Below are positions 13,501 through 19,052 of a stretch of 41,149 bases of DNA, in pieces (within the stretch, counting starts at the first letter, position 1; each line of letters begins with the position of its first letter). The position numbers and the translations under genes were made by a program. Under the pieces are notes generated by a model. That model did not search any database, was not told where the DNA came from, and saw only the letters and a list, made by a program, of their open reading frames with translations. Origin of the DNA: an uncultured Victivallales bacterium (GTDB lineage: Bacteria > Verrucomicrobiota > Kiritimatiellia > UBA8416 > CAYOBW01); assembly GCA_964402115.1 (NCBI GenBank), contig CAYOBW010000001.1:63645-104793 (forward strand). The letters run 5' to 3'.

Positions 13501-15548
13501 ACGACGAGGCGGGCAACCTGCTCACCGCCACGGACGCGCGCGGCCGCGTGACGCAGTTCGCGTACGACCTGGCCGGCCGGCGCACGGCGCGCACCCTCCC
13601 GGGGGGGCAGCGCGAAACCTTCGCCTATGACGCTATGGGGCAGGTCGTGGCACACACCGACTTCAACGGGCGGCTCACGCGCTACAGCTTCGACGCGGGC
13701 GGCCGCCTGACGGGCAAGGATCTGCCGGCGGGTCCCGACGTGCAACTCAGCTACGACGCGGGCGGCCGCCTGCAGCGCGTGGTGGACGGCCTGGGTACGA
13801 CGTCCTACGGCTACGACGCGCTCGGCCGCACCGCCGCGGTGACGAACCCGACCGGGAGCACCGTCACGTACAGCTACGATGCGGCGGGCAATATCCTGAC
13901 CGTCGCGAGCGCCGGCGGCGCCACGGCCTACACGTACGACGCGCTCAAGCGCGTAACCGCCGTGCGTGACAGCCGCGGTCTGACCACCACCATGGGCTAC
14001 GATCCGGCCGGCAACCTGGTGAGGCAGGCGCTGCCCAACGGCGTGGGCATGGTGCGTTCCTTCAATACGCGCGACCAGCTCGTGGGCGTGGTCAACCGGC
14101 GCAGCGACAACACGCTCCTCAGCTCGTTCGCCTACACGCTCGACGCCAACGGGCTGCGCACCGGCGTCATGGAAGCGGACGGCTCGGCCGTGACGTATGT
14201 CTACGATGCCCGCTACCGGCTCACGTCCGAGACCCGCACGGGCGCGGGCGCCTACGTCACCACGTACGCGTACGACCTGGTGGGCAACCGTACCGCCGCC
14301 AGCCTGGGCGGGACGGCGGTGGCCTACACGTACGACGCGAACGACCGCCTGACCGGAACCGGCACGGAAACGTATTACTACGACGCCAGCGGCAACATGA
14401 CCGGCCGCACGGATGCCGCCGGCTTCACGGCGCTGGGCTACGACGAGGAGAACCGGCTGACGCGCGTCACGGCGCCGGGCGGCGCCGTCACCACCTACGC
14501 GTACGACCTCTACGGCAACCGCGTGCGCCGGACCGACGGCGGCGGCACGCGGGAGTTCGTCGTGGACCCGCGCAACCTCAGCGGCCAGGCGCAGGTCGTG
14601 GACGAGCTCGACGGCGCGGGCGGGGTCGTGACGCACTACACGCGGGGCGCCTCGCTGCTGGCCGAGGACGAGGGCGCCACCCGGCTCTATTACGTGGCCG
14701 ACGGCCAGGGCAGCACGCGGCAGCTCGTGAACGGCGCCCAGGCGGTGACCGACACGTTCCGCTACGATGGCTACGGGCGGCTGCTCGACCGCACCGGCGC
14801 GCACGACACGCCGTTCCAGTTCACGGGCGAGGCTTACGACCCGGCCGTGGGCGCGTACTACCTGCGCGCGCGCTACTACGACCCGCGCACCGGGCGCTTC
14901 CTCGGCATGGACCCGGACCTGGGCGGGCTCAAGGATCCGACCAGCCTGCACCGCTATCTCTACGCGCACAACAACCCCGTGAACCTGCTCGACCCGAGCG
15001 GCCGGTTCTCGCTGTGCGAGGTGAGTATCAGCATCAACATCCAGGCCTCGCTCCAGTCCGCCTACGTGAAGAGCGTGATCACGACGGGGCTGGACCTCGT
15101 CGAGATCATCTTCTGCATGCTCGAGCCGGCGTGGGATATGGTCTGGATGGGCCTCGACATGATCGTCAACGACGTGCCCGGCGGCGAGGCGATGTTCTCC
15201 GAGGGCAAGCGCCTGGAGGCCGGCGCGTTCCAGGCCATGCAGCAGCGGATCGCGGACCACTTCCAGGAACTGGCCGACGAACTGAATCCCGTGAAGATCG
15301 AGATCGAGAGCGACCTGCTGGATTACTACGAGCAGGCCAAGGAGGCCTGGGAATCCCTGCAGAACGGCGACCTGCCCATGCCGCCGCTGCCGGAGAAGAT
15401 CCAGAACATCCTCGACTTCAAGGACAAGGTCACCGAGTACTTGGGCGCCTTCACCGACGCGCTCGATGACGAGAAGAGCAACTGCGAAAGGTTCAAAGGC
15501 ATTTCCACGCTGGCCAAGGGCGCCCTGGAGTACCTGCCGGAATTCTAA
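1518..15548 (+). CDS. Giant (4676 aa) secreted multidomain surface protein: adhesin-like array fused to a complete Rhs/YD-repeat shell plus an unknown C-terminal domain
   Basis: RBS agagg upstream of ATG 1518. Signal peptide MKRCACGKWVLAAALAAGATAGQA. FN3-like (aa~100-190). FG-GAP/VCBS repeats (GDFDRDGIQDLV, DYDADGFLDFIVGSGDSGW, LGDFDEDGHLDVL, WDYNGDGHLDIV). Multiple PKD domains (WRFGDGKTG, WAFGDGKTG, WNFGDGTV, WSFGDGTP...). ConA-like segment. Alpha/alpha-toroid segment (GGGWQYGWNDQAADNSVSQWGAIGM). Repeated cadherin-like/putative-Ig modules (APVFTSAPVTNAEVGMVYGYTAEAVDEEGDAIAYSL). Rhs shell start (GIVRTYDNRARGVPGDFGYGWDL), dozens of YD repeats (YTYDANGNKLTE, YAYDAVKRIT...). Rhs core RARYYDPRTGRFLGMDPDLGG...NPVNLLDPSGRF, then a ~180 aa tail. 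The uninterrupted 14 kb frame in high-GC DNA is itself strong evidence. Confidence 0.93.
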   Translation: MKRCACGKWVLAAALAAGATAGQAATPAVGVLGQESDGTIKLRLQGGTNSVHAIQAGSNLVDWATILAVRPESTNGITFTDPESAKQPRRYYRVVEHKGLRDTTAPGWNGDLGLRFSRSGTNGLNLAWAGARDAIGVAAYRIYINGRPATTLLGNVHSLTLTGLDFTERQDIRIEAVDASGNVSGREALIYVPGDALLAATDDSGNLYVSAWQTNAFANLQVVANLGVMARGVTMGDFDRDGIQDLVSCYHTNWRLYPRFFRGRADGTYEPARELPSCAGGTWVAGMAADDYDADGFLDFIVGSGDSGWLGFYWGNGDGTFTVTEGQYAANGRAMDSGDVNEDGLPDFVRAEYGAGYLRCYLSRGDRTFAQTNLVGDVGDDPYGVALGDFDEDGHLDVLANSGGSGDAYLYKGYGNGLFSNGVNVASVDANDYAAWDAWDYNGDGHLDIVMTTYNNQNVYYYPGLGDGAFAARTVLPNRPGNRSLGIAAPLLAPRVDVRISPELPAVPLNRFLALAAAGGGVRPTDAFAWRFDDGSVLHGQIVSNRWATEGRRVVRLTHTNATGVASVRGTWITVTGLPPSANAGGPYTFGEDKASQLRWTAELDGGASTDDFPLVAFIWNFGDGTVATNGTNTVVTHTWTNTGPWAVTLTVVDRARQLGTNLTTVTFVPGAPPVAAISAPSQVDEAVASQGRWTVPLSAAASTDDNGIWKYEWRFGDGKTGSGRDVTAAFAATNHYTVELTVTDHAGQTNRTTHALAVADNDSPVARIRAAAVVDETAARNGVWNANFSAEDSTDDFGLWKYDWAFGDGKTGAGRTVGTTYGAANAYTVTLTVTDHAGQRHSSTFNVRIKANYYPMPMIWGPTRLDEAVATNGLWFGAWDGSISSDDTGISRHDWRFGDGDTASGSRVTHQYRRAGVYPLSLTVTDHGNQAMTVTQRVTVAANEPPVARLTASPLTPEGAQPVDFSAAASTDDFGIMRYRWLLPPRVFAFDGNAVDHLQWVATDGVTQGDRLAVAGVSTWDTRYVLARDTLLRRGSVFECRVDTAAGSGTHAMVGFKNLNAASGHYNQFPCALYFNNGTLEVYEYGSGRGSFGGYTRGTSYDVRIETKPDAGARYYLRASGTGDAFQLVYDSPNQADTAFSFGMVVYAGTFGLDDVRVTEVYRDARALRAPVWPAGTVTLEVVDHAMQTARTSVAINSFTGAPPAAVISGPAGGATGAELAFDGSGSSDDHGVASYMWSFGDGTPAAYTALAPHFFGAAGVYEVTLAVRDFAGQASVATQRVTIVGEPLVVAVPWRIVGDVELPHETWTNRTITLKAVAENVATPFDWRWDFGDGSPAVTGTAATVAQAFGLEARHAYTGSEGTPFTATITITTTNGLSSSDRYSVLIRPKTLKAEMNVAIDEGLWFMHKSQVRNFANPARPEGYWEFRGYGYFLENVTASAVQGYAINGHQEGGDAARDPYVNTVRRAVTFLLNRLRSVSIATQTYGDPDSNRNGIGLVASDDRGPYNVGPIIDALVANGDPERIAQTGAANVRGRYYRDLVADMVDAYAWAQSDQTWGGGWQYGWNDQAADNSVSQWGAIGMLAAEHYWRLEAPRWAKERNLVWLENTRGASGWAYQSRGDSLVLTPSALIQATWAGLTTGSGYWRQGEDYIARNWATIMSWYDMYAEFGIAKAMRLAQPQPVTRFAATGKDWFLDPVDGMARLTIDRQGGDGSWLASSRSYLGDRMMSSAWSILILSSSLFQQGPVAVVHVRPNPCKIAWPVRFDASGSYHQHPSFRITEYRWDFDQADGVNFDTPDAVGPIVQHPFGSNRTYTVSLQVRDNNTPPAYDVALLTVAINDLPHPPVADAGGPYVAAVGEALHLDGTGSFDIDVSDGDAIRAYDWDVDFVQPLDFADGVTGSQPHVLQGFAAAGVHNVGLRVTDSTASVYPNQQSDLSSDAFATVTVYDELVTDLRARPKRSKIQLTWTQVGVRVDVHRSTVSASTGFVKIGETTSPYATYLDSTVAEGADYFYRIYVFDLTHPDPIGVSRAVYAKAPRAGDAAGAAPFFTSTPPTGATLGRTYAYQARAVDPGGSALVYELLAGPTGMVVNAAGGFVTLTPTVAQLGQHDVWLQARNPAGQTALQAYKLTIDATVNQPPVAALQGPRTGVQGAALAFASLGTQDPDGDALGYLWSFGDGATAATPNPVHVYPAAGLYSVQLFVNDGHGGTASASLLVGITPPNRAPVALVDGGPAFAVRMRHPLALNGRPSYDYDGDPLTFAWSWGDGAPDGAGLAASHAYGALGTFTGRLAVTDGRGGRGEYAFTVAVSASNRFPVAALDVPQPGTNVMDRFTFDASASTDPDNDPLLYYWNFGDNSAIMGPVAAHFYAQPGDYTVRVAVVDNHAATGMALRVVHVNAPPVFQSTPSLTNRQGAAYTYRPVVTDADGDPLAFSLATGPATMGLESPTNGVLNWTTSNDDVGANRVALVVTDGHGSVVTQAFVVTVADVNDPPEISSTPGTNATEEVLYTYQLHARDVDDTNLQFSLVTRPPNMVLNPISGLLWWTPENVHTGANPVVVTVSDPRGGVATQRFTIVVADVNDPPVITTTPVVAATEDTPYTHDVDAADPDDAAGTLRFALNLAPPGMVIDHVTGVIAWTPLAASPGEPVQVVAFDPRGGVATQGFTVVVANVNDAPVIGSRPVYQALVNVGYRYDVNATDEDGDALAYELGAGPAGLAIDPASGLVTWTPAAGQEGTATVTVVARDAPGATGSQTYTLVVQAANRAPFFTSVAPATASEDRLYTYDANATDPDGNPLTYQLAGLLPADLTCDPATGLVQWTPSAAYNGDVVTVQVWAADAFIGTSQTFTVTVAPVNDAPVFTSAPVTNAEVGMVYGYTAEAVDEEGDAIAYSLPTAPAGLALTAAGAGATNVLTWRPAAGQVGARAVVVRARDAGGAVTDQSFTVRVVDGRHPPVVAGIGDQVVQDPNAFLQVALDDFVADPDHADAELAWTVQGRSRLTVAITNRIATIGYAPGTRVTETLTFTARDPDNLTGFATATFTVAEPSQDSVPPVLFLDIPEGGERNTPLALDVLAEDNEGVANVTVKVDGVARPVQNLGGGRYRVIYTTPAVGLHTVLATVIDRAGNAFSDTRTTLIVDPAVTAAGLQAAITAPVEDALLGDVTEVQGTALGPNFVDYVLEYAENGTADYVEFARGAAPVADGPLGTLDPSTLPAGVYTLRLTVRNTGGAKRSASIVVELTGNEIIGPFALRFKDKTLHVGGFPIGIVRTYDNRARGVPGDFGYGWDLAFSDVKLVSRYVPGDHWVMDTERGFFPVYTLRATKQQTLTVYFGDRDKHTFRMQPSPRSSILYPISFLEGMEYDAVSGAKGSIAPDSGASYFDGGVILDAGFEIFDPQVYHYTAANGYRYTFRKPPSGTLRYELERITDPDGNSLTMSDAGIVRSDGTTLRFVRDAANRVMRIEDPLGATIHYEYSVRGDLAAVVDELGNRTTFIYNRDHNLREIRDPLNRPLQKQEFDTNGRLVALTDANGSRLTLEHDLDANTEILRDRRGNAKIFQYNDAGYVLKQTEFPTVHGVVMPVTTTNEYAAENRLAADNLGGRRRAYTYDATGKLLSEIVDVGGLNLATRYTYSAAGKLESVLDANGHVATNLYNASRQRTQRVDRAGAVTTYTYGAQGRRVRETDALGNYTEYDYDGRSNKIRSERFSADGVSLRKQTYTYDANGNKLTETLHLTVDGVAQPVTTSYRHDAKGRVVAVTDALGHTASNVYDSLGQVIETVDKLGGRTRYTYDMMRQLVRTDHPDGTFETRAYDPDGNATSRTDRAGVTRVYAYDAVKRITQVTSPGGAARRFEYDVFGNRTAEIDEFGQRTDYVFDKAGRQLAVLLPSVVDARSGAAGRPVIGHAYDPNGNLTALVDANSNRTAYVFDAENRLLATRLADGHVLTNRYDALGRLVAKSDAAGNTVTYAFDALDRVVSVTQPAVAGQPAAVTRYAYDEAGNLLTATDARGRVTQFAYDLAGRRTARTLPGGQRETFAYDAMGQVVAHTDFNGRLTRYSFDAGGRLTGKDLPAGPDVQLSYDAGGRLQRVVDGLGTTSYGYDALGRTAAVTNPTGSTVTYSYDAAGNILTVASAGGATAYTYDALKRVTAVRDSRGLTTTMGYDPAGNLVRQALPNGVGMVRSFNTRDQLVGVVNRRSDNTLLSSFAYTLDANGLRTGVMEADGSAVTYVYDARYRLTSETRTGAGAYVTTYAYDLVGNRTAASLGGTAVAYTYDANDRLTGTGTETYYYDASGNMTGRTDAAGFTALGYDEENRLTRVTAPGGAVTTYAYDLYGNRVRRTDGGGTREFVVDPRNLSGQAQVVDELDGAGGVVTHYTRGASLLAEDEGATRLYYVADGQGSTRQLVNGAQAVTDTFRYDGYGRLLDRTGAHDTPFQFTGEAYDPAVGAYYLRARYYDPRTGRFLGMDPDLGGLKDPTSLHRYLYAHNNPVNLLDPSGRFSLCEVSISINIQASLQSAYVKSVITTGLDLVEIIFCMLEPAWDMVWMGLDMIVNDVPGGEAMFSEGKRLEAGAFQAMQQRIADHFQELADELNPVKIEIESDLLDYYEQAKEAWESLQNGDLPMPPLPEKIQNILDFKDKVTEYLGAFTDALDDEKSNCERFKGISTLAKGALEYLPEF

Positions 15549-15560
15549 GGTGAAGGGGCG

Positions 15561-18500
15561 TCACCAGGGTTGGACGGCGCGAACCCGGAAGCAGGCGCTG
15601 GTGCGCCACGCGGGGGGCAGGCGCAGCCACGCCGACTCCAGCGCCGGGTCGGTGTGCGGCGTGAGCGTTGGCGTCGGCGTGGTGAGGGACTGCCAGAGCG
15701 GCAGCCGCGGCGCATACTCCGTGGTGTAAACCAGCGCGTGCAGGCCGGCGGCACGGCGGACGTAGCCGAATTCGACCGCTTCTCCCGCTTGCTGGATCCG
15801 CAGGCGCGCGCCGCGGGGGTCGGCGATCAACGGCTGGCTGCCGAAGGCGTACTCGGCCAGGTTCACGACCCCGTCGCCGTCCGGATCGTCCTGCCACGCC
15901 GCAAGGGTGGCCCCGAAGTGGCGGCGCTGCCAGGCCCCGGCGCAGGGTTCGGGTTGCGCGGCGGCCAGCGCGGCGATTTCGGCGGGGGCCAGGGCGCGCG
16001 GGTAGATGCGCACCTCGTCGAGCACCCCGCTGAAATAGCGGTTCTGCACGTCGCTGCCAACCTTGACCGGAGCCGTCGAGGTCGTATGGATCGCCTGCGG
16101 ATCCTGCAGGCTGAGCACGGTCTCGCGCGCGCCGTCCACGAAGAGCAGCACGTTGGTCACATCGGCGGAGGGCTGGTTGGTGAAGGTGCAGGCGATGTGG
16201 TGCCACTGCCCGTCGTTGACCAGCCGGCTGCCCTGGACCCAGCCTTGCGTAACCTCCAGCCGCGCGTTGCCGTCCTTGATGAGGAACGTCCATTTGTCGC
16301 CGGCCGTGTTGGGGCCCCAGGCGATGACGGGCATCTGCCCCGTGCCGGTGGTCTGGATCCAGGCCGCGCAGGTACGCGCGTCGGCGCCGCGGATGCCGAG
16401 GAAACCCGTCAGGCTGACGTAGTCATTCGTGCCGTCGAACCGGAGCCCGTAGCCGCAGCGGCCCGGAACCCATGCTGCGGCTTCATCCGCCACATTGACC
16501 AGGGCCGCAGGCCACCCGCCGCCGGCCTCGCGCGTGGTCAGTCCGCTGTTCTGGTTGAGCGGGTACCAGAACTCGCCGTTATGGAAATAGACCGCAACGG
16601 TGACCGTGGCCGTCGCGCTGAAGGCGCTGTCGGTGACGCTGTAGGTGAAGCGATCTTCGCCGAGAAACCCGGGGTTGGGCGTATAGAGGATGCGGCCATC
16701 CGCCTCCACTGCGCTGCCGGCGGCAGGGTGGCCGACGGAGGCGAGCGCGAGGGCGGACGGCAGGTCGTCGTCCGTGTCGTTGGCGAGCACGTCGATGTAC
16801 ACGGCGCTGTCCTGGGGCGTGGCGGCGGCATCGGCCGCGGGCTGCGGGGGGGCGTTCGCCGCGGCTCCGTCGCGCCGGAAGGCCGTATCCGGGATGGCCT
16901 GCCGGGCGAACCCCGGCCCGCTCCACTGCAGCGCGAGCGCGGGCGTACCGCCCGTACCCCGTGCGTAGTAAAGCCGGAACGGGTGCAGGCCGGCGGTCAA
17001 GGTGGCGCTGGCGGAGCGCTCGGTTCCGCCCGTGTAGGCGAAGTCCGCGTCGAGCACGGTGGCCTCGTGCAGGCGCAGCAGCGCCCGGGCGTCGGTGGTG
17101 AGGAAGAAGGTGTACGAGCCGGTGGCCGGCACGCGCAGGTAGCCGGAGAAGAGGAGTCCGATGTCGGTGTCGCGCGGCCGGATGCCGAGGTCGGGTCGCG
17201 CCACGGTGCCGGTGCTCGAAGGGGGCAGGGCGGTGAGTTCCGGCACCCAGGGGAAGGCCGCGCTGCAGGCGCGCCAGACCACGCCGCTGACCGTTGCCAC
17301 GGAGGCGAGCGCCGGCACGGGTTCGGCGTCGTAGGGCCGCGGCGCTGCGCCGTCAGGGCGGCGCAGGCGCAAGACGCGGTCCTTCAGCTGCAGTTGCAGC
17401 GCGGCGTTGGCGGACGCCAGGTTGACCGTCTCCCGCGGGTCGTTGACGACGTCGTAGATCTCGAAGTCATCCGCGTGCGACTGGATGTCGTAGCGCACGC
17501 CCAGGTAGTCGCCGTGGCGGATGGCCTGCATCTGGTTGCGCGCGCGTCCGCGCTTCGCGGCCTGGAACTCCGCGTACGCAGGGGTCGTGCCGCTGTAGGC
17601 ATACTCGACGTAGACCGTGGGCGTGCGCTGCGTCCCGCTGCCGGTCAGCGTGGGCGCCAGCGACACGCCGTCGCTGCGGGCGGGTGCCGGCACGCCGGCC
17701 AGGTCGGCGAAGGTGGGCAGCCAGTCAGGGAAGCTGCAGGGCAGGTTGCTGACCCGGTTGGTCCCGATGTTGCCAGGCCAGCACGCCAGCGCGCCGACGC
17801 GGATGCCGCCCTCCCAGCAGTCGCGCTTCATGCCGTCGAAGGGGCCGAAGCTGTTGAAGAAATCCGGCCTGTAGTTGACCGTGAAGTTCAGGTAGTCCTC
17901 GTTGCTCGGCCCGTTGTCCGAGGTGAAGACGATGAGCGTGTTGTCGGCGATGCCGAGATCGCCCAGCAGCTTCCGCAGGTCGCCGACGGCGTCGTCGATG
18001 CGCCGCACGCTGGTGGCGTAGCGCTTGTAGACGGCCGGCCAGGCCACTTCGGCGGTGTCGCCGTTGCCGTCGTCGTCATAGGTGGCGCCGCTGTAGTCGG
18101 GGTGCACGTAGCTGTCCACGGCGCCGGTGGCGGTGTTGATCATCTGCCCGGGCGTGCCCAGCCACTGCAGCCCGCCGCCCAGCCCGCCGCCCGCGGGATA
18201 GGCCATGGTCGGCAGTTCCAGCACGGCGTGGGGCGTGTCGTAGGCGAGAAACAGGAAGAAGGGGCGGGCGGGGTCGTCCGCGTGCCGCTCGACGATCCAC
18301 TGCTTGGCGCGCGCCGTGAACAGGTCGGTGGTGTAGCACGCGTCGAGGTCGGCGGAGACTTCGCGGCCGTTGTCCCAGACCTCCTTCGCGCCGCCGTAGG
18401 TGCCCTCCTTGGGGTAATGCTCGTGGCCGTCGCCGTGGCGCACGTAGCCGAAGTAGTCGTCGAACCCGCAGCGGGTGGGATAGCTGGACCACGTCGCGGC

Positions 18501-18947
18501 GTTGGCGCCGGCGCCCTGCAGGCCCCACTTGCCGATGCAGCCGGTGGCGTAGCCGGCCTGCCGGAGCACGGTGGCGACGGTGTGGTTGGTCTCGAGCGCC
18601 TTGTCGAACTGGTTGTCGCGCACGTTGGCGTGCCCCTGGTGCACGCCGAGCAGGAACGAGGCGCGCGAGGGGGCGCACACCGGCGCGGGGCTGTAGTGCT
18701 GGCGGAGCTGCAGGCCTTGCGCCGCAAGCGTGTCGAGCCGCGGCGTCAGATGGCACGGCTCGCGGCGGTCGTTGGCGGCGCGGCGCTGGTTCTGGAAGAA
18801 GACGCCGAGGTCGCCGTAGCCCAGGTCGTCGCAGAGGATGAAGACGATGTTCGGCCGCGCCGCCGCGGCGGCGTCCGCGCCCCCGGCCAACGCCAGCAGG
18901 AGGGGCAGCAGGGAAAGGGTCCTGTGCACGGCGGTGTTCCCACTCAC
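15561..18947 (-). CDS. Multidomain sulfatase (1128 aa): arylsulfatase-type catalytic domain + PA14-like + cadherin-like/Big + LamG/ConA-like lectin + dockerin-like C-terminal motif
   Basis: Signal peptide MSGNTAVHRTLSLLPLLLALAGGADA. Sulfatase N-terminus PNIVFILCDDLGYGDLG and formylglycine motif PVCAPSRASFLLG. PA14-like GYLRVPATGSYTFFLTTDARALLRL...LHPFRLYYARG...LQWSGPGFARQAIP. LamG-like block (RFDGTNDYVSL...WHHIACTF...LLFVDG...DEVRIYPRAL). DPDGDGVVNLAEYAFG Ca-binding dockerin/TSP3-like motif near the C-terminus. Confidence 0.9.
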   Translation of the reverse strand: MSGNTAVHRTLSLLPLLLALAGGADAAAAARPNIVFILCDDLGYGDLGVFFQNQRRAANDRREPCHLTPRLDTLAAQGLQLRQHYSPAPVCAPSRASFLLGVHQGHANVRDNQFDKALETNHTVATVLRQAGYATGCIGKWGLQGAGANAATWSSYPTRCGFDDYFGYVRHGDGHEHYPKEGTYGGAKEVWDNGREVSADLDACYTTDLFTARAKQWIVERHADDPARPFFLFLAYDTPHAVLELPTMAYPAGGGLGGGLQWLGTPGQMINTATGAVDSYVHPDYSGATYDDDGNGDTAEVAWPAVYKRYATSVRRIDDAVGDLRKLLGDLGIADNTLIVFTSDNGPSNEDYLNFTVNYRPDFFNSFGPFDGMKRDCWEGGIRVGALACWPGNIGTNRVSNLPCSFPDWLPTFADLAGVPAPARSDGVSLAPTLTGSGTQRTPTVYVEYAYSGTTPAYAEFQAAKRGRARNQMQAIRHGDYLGVRYDIQSHADDFEIYDVVNDPRETVNLASANAALQLQLKDRVLRLRRPDGAAPRPYDAEPVPALASVATVSGVVWRACSAAFPWVPELTALPPSSTGTVARPDLGIRPRDTDIGLLFSGYLRVPATGSYTFFLTTDARALLRLHEATVLDADFAYTGGTERSASATLTAGLHPFRLYYARGTGGTPALALQWSGPGFARQAIPDTAFRRDGAAANAPPQPAADAAATPQDSAVYIDVLANDTDDDLPSALALASVGHPAAGSAVEADGRILYTPNPGFLGEDRFTYSVTDSAFSATATVTVAVYFHNGEFWYPLNQNSGLTTREAGGGWPAALVNVADEAAAWVPGRCGYGLRFDGTNDYVSLTGFLGIRGADARTCAAWIQTTGTGQMPVIAWGPNTAGDKWTFLIKDGNARLEVTQGWVQGSRLVNDGQWHHIACTFTNQPSADVTNVLLFVDGARETVLSLQDPQAIHTTSTAPVKVGSDVQNRYFSGVLDEVRIYPRALAPAEIAALAAAQPEPCAGAWQRRHFGATLAAWQDDPDGDGVVNLAEYAFGSQPLIADPRGARLRIQQAGEAVEFGYVRRAAGLHALVYTTEYAPRLPLWQSLTTPTPTLTPHTDPALESAWLRLPPAWRTSACFRVRAVQPW

Positions 18948-19052
18948 GCGATACTACTCCTTCCGGCTCGCGCGCTCGCAGCCCGCGCCTTGTCACGTTG
19001 CGCCGCACCGTCGCGCCGGCCAGCCCCTGGGGGCGCCGTCTCCGCCGCCCGG

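Noticed and set aside
3684-15260. 3858-aa ORF on the minus strand, antisense to the giant gene
   Set aside because: Translation is Arg/Gly/Ala/Val-rich with no motifs (HGRAVRFHDAGAQ...). It is a typical high-GC shadow frame. The plus-strand frame has dense recognisable domains.
15466-15729. 87-aa plus-strand ORF downstream of or overlapping the Rhs tail as a candidate immunity gene
   Set aside because: It overlaps the giant gene's last codons and the convergent sulfatase gene. The translation is Arg/Gly-rich with no hydrophobic core. Judged to be a shadow ORF.
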